Shown: one piece after another, positions 25,196-38,362 of the stretch | Position numbering within the stretch: the stretch's first letter is position 1 | How the letters are laid out: each line of letters opens with the position of its first letter | Source of the DNA: Mobula hypostoma | Lineage: Eukaryota | Length of the DNA: 64,000 bases | Assembly: GCF_963921235.1 (NCBI RefSeq) | Contig: NC_086108.1 | Coordinates: 76,448,001-76,512,000 of the forward strand | Direction of reading: 5' to 3' | Made by a program: the position numbers and the translations under genes | Notes under the pieces: model-generated | Database searches by the model: none | The model's input: only the letters and a program-made list of their open reading frames with translations | Told to the model about the DNA's origin: nothing

Positions 25196-26649
25196 ACCCA
25201 TCGCCTCACTGCTTCACGAGCACCATCCAAACTGAGGTCATACAAAACCATGTAAAGTACAAACAAAGCTGCTGAGGTGCAAGAAGTCCTATAGCATGCA
25301 ATTTTACTAATACAAAATACTGAGAGTAAATATCAAAGAATCTGATGCTCAAAACAAAGTTTCAGCATAACGTCACAATGATTCCTACAGTGCCATAAAA
25401 ATCAATGTCAGGGCTTCCTAAATGAGGGTAATGCCATTTAATGTGATTGCAATGTCAAGTGACAAGAACACAAAAAAAGGCCTCGTCCTGCATGCTACCT
25501 TACCATGTCCATCGAACATCTTACCTTTTGGTTTGCCTTGTTGTTTTGATAGCCTGGGTTAATTTACAGGCAAAGATACAAAAGACACCTCCCCTCCGAT
25601 GACAAATAATTTGTCACATTACATCACTTCCGTACGTTGCTTTCCTATGATCAAAGGGGCAAGAAGAATTCCAGTGATGATAAGAGGGGAAAGAGGAGGA
25701 TAGTGGAAAGAAATTGTAGAGGAAGCAAGGAACAAGGGACAGGACAGAGATAAAGGAAAGAGAGGGAGATAAGGGACGATAAGGAAAGAAATTCAATGAA
25801 AGCATGAAAGCCATCCATCTGCTCTGAAAGTAAGAAGAACTCATGGGGAAAAGAGACAGATGGAAAGACACAGAGAAATGGTACACTGTGCTTTCTCTAC
25901 CTCAAGCCTATTGACTGGGAGCCCAGTGCCATTTTTAATGATCAAATGAAGGAGAAGAGCACTCATGGCATTCTCAGGAGTTGACTGCAACTGCTGAATA
26001 ATAGAGGGAGCTTGGCACTGTCAAAATTGTCACCTAAATAGGGATCTTTCATGCTGATGGTAAAGATTCTAAGGCACCATTTGAAAAGTAACTAGGAGTT
26101 CTTCCTTGGTATCCTGGCTAATATTTATCCAGCAAACAACAACAAGATAATGGTGAACCATCTAGTTACTGTGGCATTGCTCCACAACAGTTATACTGCT
26201 CCATCATATCCTCTTTTGAATAGCTTTTGGGGTTCTGTCACATTTCACATTTATTTAAAATTCCTAGTGTCTGCATTTTATTTTATTTTACACCCATTAA
26301 GGTTATTTAGTTATTAATACATTTATTTTTGTGAGATTTGTTGTTAGAAAAAAATAGCAGGCTCATTTGTTATATCACATATGTAACGAAACAAATACTT
26401 ATAGAGTATGTTGATGCCTTGAAAGGCATTATATTAATTCAATTTGAACTGGTAAAATTCAAGTACCACTGTCACTTCAACTCCCCCCACTATCCCACCC
26501 ACCTTCCTTAGCTCCAAGAATGAGATACTGAAATCCAATTTACGCAAACACCCAACATTCAGACATTACAATACTGAGACAAGATTATTCTGTGATTATT
26601 ATTCACCAGGGATACAAATAGTAGCCATAATCCCATGTACCCTACTTTA

Positions 26650-27930
26650 TCCTATTTTATATTAACTACATATGTAACTTATCACTGAAATCATCTCCAG
26701 TTCACTGACCGACTACAGTAGTAAATTCCATTGCCTCATAACCCCCTTGAGTAAAAGATTTCTCGTATTCTCTGTTCCCGATCATTTATCCTCCAACATA
26801 TCTCCTCTATCTCTCCTCCAACAATATATGCCATCCATTTTAATAAACACAACATTACTACGTATATTTCCAAGTGCTAATTCATAAATGAAACCCCGTA
26901 CCCTGATAAAAGTAAATGGAAGAGAGTTTGCGAAAGGAAAGTGGTTGATGGTATGTATCTGTATATTCAAAAAGTGCTTGACAAAGTAAGACCCTAGTGA
27001 GGTCTGTTAACAGAATTTAAATGCCCAGAATTAAAATAAAAGTCATTACGGTTACATCAATTGCGACAGAACAAAAAGCAGCAAGGATGAGCTATTTACT
27101 AAACAGAACAGGCATACTTCAGTGCCCCTCACTGGATGACCTAAGCTACACTACCATATATACCACAAAGTTCATGTGTGGTATTAAACTCAGAAACATG
27201 ATTACTTCTGAAGAGAGGCAGGCATCAAGAAAACATGAACCAAAGGACAAAGCAAACTGATAACTAGCAGAGGAAATTGGTGGAATTATTTGATCTAAGG
27301 AAAATCTTTGAGGTTGCAGGACATTTAAACAGTCCACTTTACTCCAGAATGTCACAATGCATGCATTGAATTACAGCAATTAGACTGATTCAAAAAATCT
27401 AGTAATCTATTTTTACAGTAAGACTCCACAAACAGCAAAGCAATAGTGATCAGATCACTTATTTAAGTAACGGTAGCTGAGAGATGAAGTTAAACAGAAC
27501 AGTGCTCTTCTCTAAATTGACCAATGGGACTTTGTTTTGTATCTACCAAAAGAACAGATGGGCCTTGACACAGTATTTAATCTAGAATATTACGACGAAG
27601 CCAGAATACCGTGGTCAGTTCTAGGCAGGTCACATTTATAAGAATGTCAAAGCCATGGAGAGATTGTTGATGAGATTTATTACAACGTCACAAGGAATGA
27701 AAGAATTCAGTTACTTACAGAGACAAAAGAAGCCAGAGCTGACCTTACTAGGGTTGTTTTTTGGGTTTGAGATAGAAATGATGAAAGGCAGATTTTATAG
27801 TGGTGCTTAAAAGCATGCAGACATTTAACAGAATAAAAAAGGACAAGATTGGTTACTACTGATTAAAGCTAATTAACACAACAGCCAACAGTTATGAAGA
27901 AAGAAATATGAAGGAATTTTATCATGGGAG
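26650..27930. mobile_element. Old CR1 fragments mixed with an ancient SINE-like remnant
   Basis: gtggttgatggtatgtatctgtatattcaaaaagtgcttgacaaagt (VDxxYLxFQKxxDKV-like); gtggtcagttctaggcaggtcacatttataagaatgtc. Confidence 0.45.
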
Positions 27931-28983
27931 TGCACTACCTGAAATTGAAATTGACATTGAATACAATAAAAGGAAATATATACGTGGCAACTGGACAAGG
28001 TAAAAGATAATTAATTCTTTCACTGGCACAAGAACAATGGGCCGATTGGTCTCTTTCAGTGCTGCACAGTGCTGTCAAAACACTCTGTAATTTCCTCTGC
28101 TCATCACTGTATGTTAATGTAATTCCTCAGACATTAACAGGCAATTATGACAGAATAAGCTTATAACAATTATTTCAACATTGTTAATTGTCCGGTATAA
28201 TCACAATACATGAATCACAAGAGCATCCTTCCAGTACCATCCAACTGCCCCAGAATTACATACTGTACAGCGCATTGTAAAAAGTAACCTGAATTTGTAT
28301 GTTGAAAAAAATTGCTTAGATACAATCTGGTAATTATTCTGAATTATTCTTTATCTGATACAAACATCTGTTAGCCCCGTCTTTATTAAAACTCTAGTGA
28401 TCTTTTGTTCTAGTACCAAACATACAGTATATTCTAATATAAATTTACTTTGTGTAATTAATACTCATTATAACTCCTTGACCCATTCATTGCTGAAAAT
28501 GCATTAGTATCTCCAGCATGTTCCTAAATTTTAGAGATACACTCACTTCCTTCTAGTAAGTACAATCTTTTAAATTCATTGTAGTTAACATCACATAACA
28601 TGGCCAATATATCCTTTGATTCTGCAAAAGTGTTTTTGTCCTCAGCTAAATCTAATCTTCTGTTCAATCCATATACAGTGCTCTTCAAAGTTCCTCCTCA
28701 TTGTCATGTATCTGGATATATAATCAAATACCATATATTCCATGATTTTAAAAATTAAAATTGTCAGTTCAAGTAATTTGCGTATCTAGCTCCCTTAAGA
28801 AAGAATTCCCAAATCACCCATTTTTAAATTTTCTTTTGTTGTGTCGCAGTAACTTTACAAGATAAACAGCAGAAACATCAGGTATGGTTACTGCAGAATG
28901 TCCAATGGACTTCTCATGCAAACTCTGAAGTTACATGGAATATGAAGTATAAATTACAAATTGTCTTAAACATAATATTAATT

Positions 28984-30682
28984 CCGTCTAGCGGAATTAG
29001 TCCTTACTCTTAATAATTTCTCCTTTGGCTCCTCCCACTTCCCTCAAACTAAAGGTGTAGCCATGGGCACCTGTATGGGTCCCAGCTATGCCTGTGTTTT
29101 TGTTAGCTTTGTGGAACAATCCACGTTCCAAGCCTATACAAGTCTGTCCCCCACTTTTCCTTTGCTACATTGACGACTGCATTGGCGCTGCTTCCTGCAC
29201 GCATGCTGAGCTCGTTGACTTCATTAACTTTGCCTCCAACTTTCACCCTGCCCTCAAGTTTACCTGGTCCATTTCCGACACCTCCCTCCCCCTTCTTGAT
29301 CTTTCTGTCTCTGTCTCTGGAGACAGCTTATCTACTGATGTCTACTATAAGCCTACGGACTCTCACAGCTACCTGGACTATTCCTTTTCCCACCCTGTCT
29401 CTTGCAAAAATGCACCCTTCTCGCAATTCCTCCATCTCCGCCGCAACTGCTCTCAGGATGAGGCTTTTCATTCCAGGACGAAGGAGCTGTCTTCCTTTTT
29501 TAAAGAAAGGGGCTTCCCTTCCTCCACCATCAACTCTGCTCTCAAACGCATCTCTCCCATTTCTCACACATCTGCTCTCACCCCATCCTCCCGCCAGCCC
29601 ACTAGGAATAGGGATCCCCTTGTCCTCACCTACCACCCCACCAGCCTCCGGGTCCAACAAATAATTCTCCGTAACTTCCACCATCTCCAACGGGATCCCA
29701 CCACCAAGCACATCTTTCCTTTCTCCCCTCTTTCTGCTTTCCGCAGGGGTCGCTCCCTATGCGACTCCATTCTCCATTCATCCCCCCCCATTTCCTTCCC
29801 ACCGATCTCCCTCCTGGCACTTATCCTTGTAAGCAGAACAAGTGCTACACATGCCCTTACACTTCCTCCCTCACCACCATTCAGGGCCTCAGACAGTCCT
29901 TCCAGGTGAGGCAACACTTCACCTGTGAGTCGGCTGGGGTGATATACTGCGTCCGGTGCTCCCGGTGCGGCCTTCTATATATTGACGAGACCCGACGCAG
30001 ACTGGGAGACCGCTTTGCTGAACACCTACGCTCTGTCCGCCAGAGAAAGCAGGATCTCCCAGTGGCCACACATTTTAATTCCATGTCCTATTCCCATTCT
30101 GATATGTCTATCCACGGCCTCCACTACTGTCAAGATGAAGCCACACTCAGGTTGGAGGAACAACACCTTATATTCCGTCTGGGTAGCCTCCAACCTGATG
30201 GTATGAACACTGACTTTCTAACTTCCGTTAACGCCCCTCCTCCCCTTCATACCCATCCCTAATTTATTTATTTATTTATCCCCCCCCTCCCCCCCGTCTC
30301 TCTTTTTTCTCCCTCTGTCCCTCTCACTATAACTCCTTGCCTACTCTCCATCTTCCTCTGGCGCTCCCCTCCCACTTTCTTTCTCCCTAGGCCTCCCGTC
30401 CCATGATCCTCTCCCTTCTCCAGCCTTGTATCCATTTTGCCAATCAACTTTCCAGCTCTCAGCTCCATCCCTCCCCTCCTGTCTTCTCCTATCATTTTGG
30501 ATCTCCCCCTCCCCCTTTCAAATCTCTTACTATCTCTTCTCTCAGTTAGTCCTGACGAAGGGTCTCGGCCTGAAACATCCACTGTGCCTCTTCCTGTAGA
30601 TGCTGCCTGGCCTGCTGCGTTCACCAGCATTTTTGTGTGTGTTGCTTAAATTTCCAGCATCTGCAGATTTCCTTGTGTTTGC
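28984..30682 (+). mobile_element. Penelope-like element (probably Neptune type), 5'-truncated: RT, Cys-rich linker, GIY-YIG endonuclease and terminal repeat
   Basis: KGVAMGT...YIDDC...LPLLDL...VYYKPTDSHSYL; CKQNKCYTC; VIYCVRCSRCGLLYIDETRRRLGDRFAEH; pyrimidine-rich 3' region ending in a hammerhead-bearing repeat. Confidence 0.93.
30548..30583 (+). ncRNA. Minimal type I hammerhead ribozyme motif of the Penelope terminal repeat, mutated
   Basis: agtc-CTGACGA-agggtctcggcct-GAAA-catc-cact versus cgtc-gact in better-preserved copies. Confidence 0.7.
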
Positions 30683-30708
30683 ATTTCTTCAGGCTGATTT
30701 GGATGTTA

Positions 30709-31546
30709 CAGTGGCATGCAAAAGTTTGGGCACTCCTGGTCAAAATTTCTGTTACTGTGAATAGCTAAGCAAGTAAAAGATGAATTGATTTCCAAAAGGC
30801 ACAAAGTTAAAGATAGCACGTTTCTTTAATATGCTAAGCAAGAAAACATTTTTATTTCTATCTTTTACAGTTTCAAAATAATAAAAAAGAAAAAGGCCCG
30901 AAGCAAAAGTTTGGGCACCCTGCATGGCAGTACTTAGTAACACCCCCTTTGGCAAGTATCACGGCTTGTAAACACTTTTTGTAGCCAGCTAAGAGTCTTT
31001 CAATTCATGTTTGGGGGATTTTCGCCCATTCTTCCTTGCAAAAGGCTTCTAGTTCTGTGAGATTTTTGGGCCGTCTTGCATGCACTGCTCTTTTGAGGTC
31101 TATCCACAGATTTTCGATGATGTTTAGGTCGGGGGACCGTGAGGGCCATGGCAAAACCTTCAGCTTGCGCCTCTTGAGGTAGGCCACTGTGGATTTTGAG
31201 GTGTGTGTGTAGGTTCATTATCCTGTTGTAGAAGCCATCCTCTTTTCATCTCTGGCTCTTTTACAGATGGTGTCATGTTTGCTTCCAGAATTTGCTGGTA
31301 TTTAATTGAATTCATTCTTCCCTCTACCAGTAAATGTTCCCCGTGCCACTGGCTGCAACACAAGCTCAAAGCATGATCGATCCACCCTCGTGCTTAACAG
31401 TTGGCGAGGGGTTCTTTTCATGAAATTCTGCACTCTCTTTTCTCCAAACATTCCTTTGCTCATTGCAGCCAAAAAGTTCTATTTTAACTTCATCAGTCCA
31501 CAGGACTTGTTTCCAAAATGCATCAGGCTTGTTTAGATGCTCCTTT
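30709..31546 (-). mobile_element. Tc1-like (IR/DR type) transposon, one end plus frameshifted transposase C-terminal half
   Basis: TA|cagtggcatgcaaaagtttgggcac with inner direct repeat gcaaaagtttgggcac at about 30903; motifs VLWTDE, LQQDN, WPSRSPDLNIIENLW. Confidence 0.92.
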
Positions 31547-32064
31547 GAACCTTTTGGCCGCAATGAGCAAAGGTACATGATTGACTACAATTGTGGCTAT
31601 AAGAATGCAGGAACATGGACTGAACCTCATATAGCCACTTGTTCATTGAGTTTACTTATAACCAGGAGGCTCTCTACTAACCTATTCCATGAGGTTGCAA
31701 AAAATCTCAAACATTCTAGCTTATTGGTGCAAATTAGTTAACCAAAGAATAGTTCAATATAATTACTGAGCACATACAAATCACCAGACAAAATGAGGAG
31801 AAAGGGTGAGAAGTGGAGTTCAGACAGATGCTTCTAAAATTGGGCGAGTTATTGATTTGGCAGCTGGCCAACTAGTCAGAGCATCAACTTGAAATGGATA
31901 TCTAGCTTCCTAACTACAGATGCTGGAACTCTAAAACAAAAGCAGAAAATGCTAGGCAAAATGACCTGCTAAGAATTTCAACCATTTTCAATTTATGTTC
32001 AGCTCCTGAACAGCCTGGGTCTTTATTGTTTACACAAAATAATCTGCAGATGCTGGCTTCTAAG

Positions 32065-32460
32065 CAAATGAACACTGAATTCTCCAACTTCCAGTGATTC
32101 CCTCCCCCTCCGTTCCCCCATCCCAGTTTCACTCTGCCCCTCCCCCAGCTGCCTATCACCTCCCTCATGGTTCTGCCTCCTTCTACTACCCATTGTGCTT
32201 TCCCCTATTCCTTCTTCATCTTTCCTGCCTATCCATCCCCTCCCTGCTTCCCCTCCCCCACCCCTTTATCTTTCCCCTTACTGGTTTTTCACCTGGAACC
32301 TACCAGCCTTCTCCTTCTCACCCTCCCCCCACCTTCTTTACAGGGCCCCTACCCCCTCCCTCTTCAGTCCTGATGAAGGGTTCCGGCCCAAAATGTTGAC
32401 TGTTCTTTTCCACGCATGCTGCTCGACCTGCTGAGTTCCTCCAGCGTGTTGTGAGTGCGT
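32065..32460 (+). mobile_element. Penelope-like 3' fragment with decayed hammerhead motif
   Basis: atgaacactgaattctccaacttcc matches the end of the 29-30 kb ORF; cagtc-ctgatga-agggttccggccc-aaaa-tgtt-gactg. Confidence 0.8.
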
Positions 32461-32461
32461 C

Positions 32462-32742
32462 TTTATTGTTTGTTCTCATACAGCTCAGAGTAGGCCCTTC
32501 CAGCACTTCAAGACACGCCGCCCAGCACTCCCCCAATTTACTCCTATTCTGATCACTGGACAATTTACAGTGACCAATTAATCTACTAACCAGTAGGTTG
32601 TTGGACTGTGGGAGCACCCAGAGCATCCAGAAGAAACCCACACAGTTACGGGGAGAACGTACAAACTCCTTACAGGCAGCAATGGGAATTGAACCTGGGT
32701 CACCTGTACTGTAGACAGCTGTGCTAACCACTACGCTACTGT
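32462..32742 (-). mobile_element. V-SINE-like element
   Basis: Reverse of gtagcgtagtggttagcac...ggttcaattcc...tgtacgttctccccgtaactgtgtgggtttc. Confidence 0.8.
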
Positions 32743-33402
32743 TTTACTGCCTTTGGTCGAATTGGATAAATGGATTTGAGCTTTTGCCACTTAACCCACT
32801 ATGAACAAAAGAAGCTTCAAAAATACAGTGCACGTGAAAAGTCAACATGAAGTCTGAAAAGGAATGGCCCATACTTAAACCTAGCAAATCTCTATTGACT
32901 CAGGCTCCACCAATTGCAATTAAGGACAGCTCCCTTAGCTAACAAGTCGCATGAAGCAGCCATAATGACCAGCTTCCCAAGTCAATAAAGATTAAGTCTA
33001 ATTGTCAGTGAATGTCAGTCACAAACCCACTTTTGTACTGCATTCTGCCACTGGATCAACATTTAGCTCCACAACACAAAAATCAGGCCAGTGTCTGTGC
33101 CAACATTTTTGCCCACTAATCCCACTTGCCCACAAGTCAGTATCTATCTGAGTATTGCCTATTCAAGTGCCTGTTTAAATACTTGTTAAACCGACTGGTT
33201 TGGATAAAATTCCATCACCTCTCCTGGCAGTGAAATCCAGAGATCAACTATTCTTTGTGCAAAAAAAAAATCCCCTCAAGTCTCTTTTAAATCTCCTTCT
33301 TAGTCCTCTTGTTTTAGATATGCTACAATGAGGAAAATTTCAGACCATCTAATCAGACTGTTTTTTTTTGTAATTTTATATAGCTCTATCACGTCACCTC
33401 AC

Positions 33403-34292
33403 AGAATCAGAATCAGGTTTAATATCACCAGCATGTGTCATGAAATTTGTTGTCTTAGTGGCAGCAGTACAATGCAATACATAATAATAGAGAAAAAAAA
33501 CAAGAATTGCAGTAAGTATATATATAAAACAGTTAAATTAAATAAGTAATGAAAAAATTAAAAAAAAATAAAAAGTAGTGAGGTAGCGTTCAGGGGTTCA
33601 ATGTCCATTCAGAAATCAGATGGCAGACGGGAAGAAGCTGTCCCTGAATCGTTGAGTGTGTGCCTTCAGGCTCCTGTACCTCCTCGCTGATGGTAGAACT
33701 GAGAGCAGGATATGTCCTGGGTGATAGGAATCCTTAATGATAGATGCTTCCTTTTGGGGCATCACTCCATGAAGATGTCCTGGATTCTACAAAGGCTAGT
33801 GCCCATGATGAAGTTAAGTTTACAACTCTCTGTCACTTACTTTAATCCTGTGCAGTAGCCCAGGATAGATCCGCAGAGATACTGACACGCAGGAACTTGA
33901 AATTGCTCACTCTTTCCACTTCTGATCCCTCTATGAGGACTGGTGTGTGTTTCCTCGTCCTATCCTTTTTGAAGTTCGCCATCAGTTCTTTGGTCTTACT
34001 GATGTTGAGTGCAAGGTTGTTGCTGCAGCACCACTCAACTAGCTGATATGTCTCACTCCTGTATGCCCTCTCATCACCATCTGAAATTCTGCCAACAATA
34101 ATTGGGTCATCAGCAAATTTAAAGATGGCATTTGAGCTGTGCTTAGCCATATATGTGCTTAGTCATGGGTATAGAGACAGTAGAGCAATGGGCTAAGCTG
34201 ACATCCCTGTGATGCACCAATGTTGATTATCAGTGAGGCGGAGATGTTATTTCCGATCTGCACAGACTGTGGTCTTCCGATGAGGAAGTCAA
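33403..34292 (-). mobile_element. Rex1/Babar-clade LINE fragment
   Basis: KHSSNAIFKFADD...NNLALNISKTKEL; plus-strand (agaatc)n tail. Confidence 0.88.
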
Positions 34293-34610
34293 GCCTCCAT
34301 TGCTTCCACTACTCCAGGCAAAACAAGACCAACCTATCCAACCTTTCCCCATAACTAAAGTCCTATAATTCTGACAACATCCTGATCCTCTGATTCTTTA
34401 CAGCACAATCACATCCTTCCTATGGTGTAGTGACCAGGAATTCACACAATACTCCAAGTGTGGTCTAATCTGTGTTTCATTAAGTTAAAACATAACATTC
34501 CAACTTTTATACTCTATATACCAACCTAACTACCCTTCCAAAGAACTATGAACTCCAAAGTCTCCCTGCTCATCAACATTCCCCACCATTTACTGTATAA
34601 ATGCTGTTTG

Positions 34611-36911
34611 CAATTAGAAGGGAGAACACGTTGGACCTTGTTTACACAAACATTCCCGACACGTAACGGGCGAAGCCCAGCCCCCACCACGGCTACTCAG
34701 ACCACATCTCTGTTTTGCTAATCCCAGCATACAGACTGCTCATCAGGCACTCCAGACCAGTTCAGAAGCAGGTGAAAACCTGGCCAGCAGGAGCCATCTC
34801 TGCTCTTCAAGACTGCTTTGAGCACACTGACTGGCACACGTTCAGGGAGGCTGCAACCGATGGCGACTCTACCAACTTAGAGGAGCACACAGCATCAGTG
34901 ACTAGCTACATCAGCAAGTGCATCAATGACGTCACTGTGGCCAAGACCATCACTACACGTGCTAACCAGAAGCCATTCATTACCGCGGAGGTGCGTGCAC
35001 TACAGAAGACCCGTGACTCCACCTTCAGAGCAGGTAACAAGGCAGCCCTAACAACAGCGAGTACCAAACTGTCCGGGGCCATCAGAGAGGGAAAGCGTGC
35101 ACATGCCCAGCGAATCCACAGCTACTTCCAGGACAGCGGCGACACACGGCACATGTGAAAGGACATTCAGGACATCACCAACTACAAGACAACACCACCT
35201 GCCTGTGCTGGTGATGCCTCCCTCCCAGATGCGTTGAATGACTTCTACGCTCGTTTTGAGGCGGAAAATTATGTGGTGGCGAGGAAGACCACCCCTCCTC
35301 CAAACGACCAGCTGCTGTGTCTTACTGTGGCCGATGTGAGGAGAACCCTGTGTAGGGTCAGCCCACTGAAGGCTGCTGGATCAGACAATATTCCTGGCAG
35401 AGTGCTTAGAGGATGTGCAGACCAGCTAGCTGAGATTCTCACTGACATCTTCAACATCTCCCTGAGCAGCGCCGTTGTTCCTACGTGCTTCAAGGCCGCC
35501 ACCATCGTCCCCGTGCCGAAGAAGTCTTCAGTGTCCTGCCTCAACGACTACCGTCTCGTCGCACTCACATCCATCATCATGAAGCATTTCGAGAGGCTCG
35601 TCATGAGGCCAAGACCCTGCTGCCCCCCTCACTGGACACCCTGCAGTTTGCGTATCGTCCCAACCGTTCAACAGATGAAGCCATTGCCATCACCCTCCAC
35701 CTGGCCCTAACCCACCTGGACAAAAAAGACACGTACATTCGAATGCTGTTCATAGATTTCAGTTCAGCATTCAACACAATCATTCCTCAGAAACTGATTG
35801 GAAAACTGAGCCTACTGGGCCTGAACACCTCCTTCTGCAACTGGATCCTAGACTTCCTGACTGGGAGACCTCAGTCAGCCCGGATTGGAAGCAGCATCTC
35901 CAACACCATCACACTGAGCACGGGGGCCCCCAGGGCTGTGTGCTCAGTCCACTGCTGTTCACTCTGCTGACCCACGACTGTGCAGCAATACACAGCTCGA
36001 ACCACATCATCAAGTTCGCCGATGACATGACCGTGGTGGGTCTCATCAACGAGAATGATGAGTCAGCATACAGAGAGGAGGTGCAGTGGCTAATGGACTG
36101 GTGCAGAGCCAACAACCTGTCTCTGAATGTGAACAAAATAAAAGAGATGGTTGTTGACTTCAGGAGGACGCGGAGTGACCACTCTCCGCTGAACATCGAT
36201 GACTCCTCCGTAGAGATCGTTAAGAGCACCAAATTTCTTGGTGTTCACCTGGCAGAGAATCTCACCTGGTCCCTCAACACCAGCTCCATAGCAAAGAAAG
36301 CCCAGCAGTACCTCTACTTTCTGCGAAGGCTGAGAAAAGTCCATCTCCCAACCCCCATCCTCACCACATTCTACAGAGGTTGTATTGAGAGCATCCTGAG
36401 CAGCTGCATCACTGCCTAGTTTGGAAATTGCACCATCTCGGATCGCAAGACCCTGCAGTGGATAGTGAGGTCATCTGAGAAGATTATCGGGGTCTCTCTT
36501 CCCACCATTACTGACATTTAAACCACACGCTGCATCCGTAAAGCAAGCAGCATTACGAAGGACCCCATGCACCCCTCATACAAACTCTTCTCCCTCCCGC
36601 CATCTGGCAAAAGGCACCAAAGTATTCAGGCTCTCACGACCAGACTATGTAACAGTTTCTTCCCCCAAGCCATCAGACTCCTCAATACCCAGAGCCTGGA
36701 CTGACACCAACCTACTGCCCTCTACTGTGCACATTGTCTTGTTTAGTATTTATCGTAAAGCCTGCACTGTTTTGTGCACTTTATGCAGTCCTGGGAACGT
36801 CTGTAGTCTAGTGTAGTTTTTGCACCATGGTCCTGAAAAACGTTGTCTCGTTTTTACCAGCAGTTATGGTCGAAATGACAATAAAAATTGACTTGACTTG
36901 ACTTGACTTGA
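34611..36911 (+). mobile_element. Rex1/Babar-clade LINE, long and relatively young copy
   Basis: [60 protein letters not shown]; tail aataaaaa(ttgac)5. Confidence 0.93.
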
Positions 36912-37590
36912 TAGGAGGGGAGGAGAAGATGGCGGCACGATGCAGCGCACACGGCTGCTCCGAAATGATATCGTATTTGTTAAATAGGGGCCGTGCACAA
37001 TCCTGATTTGATGGAGACAGACGTGAGAAGCACGGAGGAACATCTGGAGAAATTTCTGAAATGCCCGCTTCGCTGCCGCTGCTACTGTGCGATCGAGAAT
37101 CTCTGGAGGGGAAAGCCCCAAATCTTCCACTTTGCCTATTGTCTGTTGCCGGGGCTGGGGTCGAAGCACTCGGCAGAGATGGTGCTCGGTGTCGGAGGGC
37201 TGGTCGGAGGCTCGAAGTTTTCAGACGGACTCAAGAGTCGGCTGTGGTCGGGTGCTTCCAGGGTGCTGCATTGGCAAGTTTGCGGCGCTGGAGGTTCATG
37301 GCAGGAAGAGAGTTTCTCTTCCTTCTACCGTCTGCGTGAGATGATGGGACTTAGGAGAGACTTTGAGACTTCTTTTTTTACTGTGCCCATGGTCTGTTCT
37401 TATCAAATTACAGGATTGCTTTGCACTGTTGTAACTACATGTTATAATTATCTGGTCTTTGTCAGTTTTTCAGTCTTGTTTGTCTTGTGTTTCTGTGATA
37501 TCATTCTGGAGGAACATTGTATCATTTCTTAATGCATGCATTACTAAATGACAATAAAAGACTCTGTGTCCTCATAATCTAATAATCTAA
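36912..37590 (+). mobile_element. Non-autonomous element with GC-rich head and Rex1-like tail
   Basis: Starts ggagaagatggcggc; CpG-rich body without RT motifs; ends aaatgacaataaaa...(taatct)n, like the adjacent Rex1 tail. Confidence 0.6.
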
Positions 37591-38362
37591 AATTCTGCCT
37601 ATTTGACTTACCTTACATCTGTAGGAAGTAAGTTCCATTGCCAATGCTCTACTCCACTTTTCTATATTCCTACTCTAGTTTTAGATAATCTTCCGTGCTG
37701 TACACAATGCCTCCAATTTCTGTATCATCTGCAAACTTACTAACCACACTTCCTACATTCATGCCTATGTTGTTAATATACATCATAAACAACAAGGGCC
37801 CTAGCACCAATATTTGCAGTACACTAATAGTCACAGACTTCCAATGAGGAAAATGCCCTTATTTTGTTGGAGGAGGCAAGGATCTAATGATCTAATCAAC
37901 CATCTCACCTTCCATCCAATGTTTAACCTTCTGGATGAGTTCACAATATAGGACCTTGTCAAATGCCTCACTAAACTCCACTGAAGCATCCACTGCCCTA
38001 TCTTCATCAATCTTTTTAATTATCTCCTCAAAACAAAACTTCACCCATTTAGTGAGGTGGGATTTCCCCTGAACAAAGCCATGATTATCTCTGATCAGCC
38101 TCTGCCTTTCCAAATATACACAAATCCTAACCACTAGAATTTTCTCCACTGAGAAGAGACTCGCCAATTTCTTGCTACATTGCTTTTTACTGCTACCCTT
38201 CCTAAATACAGGAACAACTTTAGTTATCCTCCAGTCTAATGAAAATGCAAAAATTTCTATCAAGGCCATAGTTATTGCTTCCCTACATATGTAATTTTTA
38301 ATGTCAAAGAATAATGTTTATATTAAATTGCTAATTGTGTGTGTATAAAAGCATATAAAATG

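Larger units (their letters stand above)
33070..38285 (-). mobile_element. Old CR1 copy split into three parts (~33070-33400, ~34290-34606, ~37590-38285) by Rex1-like insertions
   Basis: DWRITKVVPVFRKG...HGFVQGKSHLT...FSEAFDKV (37892-38269) and reverse 3' sequence cacacaatactccaagtgtggtct. Confidence 0.7.

Noticed and set aside
36993..37532. 179-aa ORF as a novel gene
   Set aside because: Lies inside a GC-rich repeat-like element; no recognisable domain
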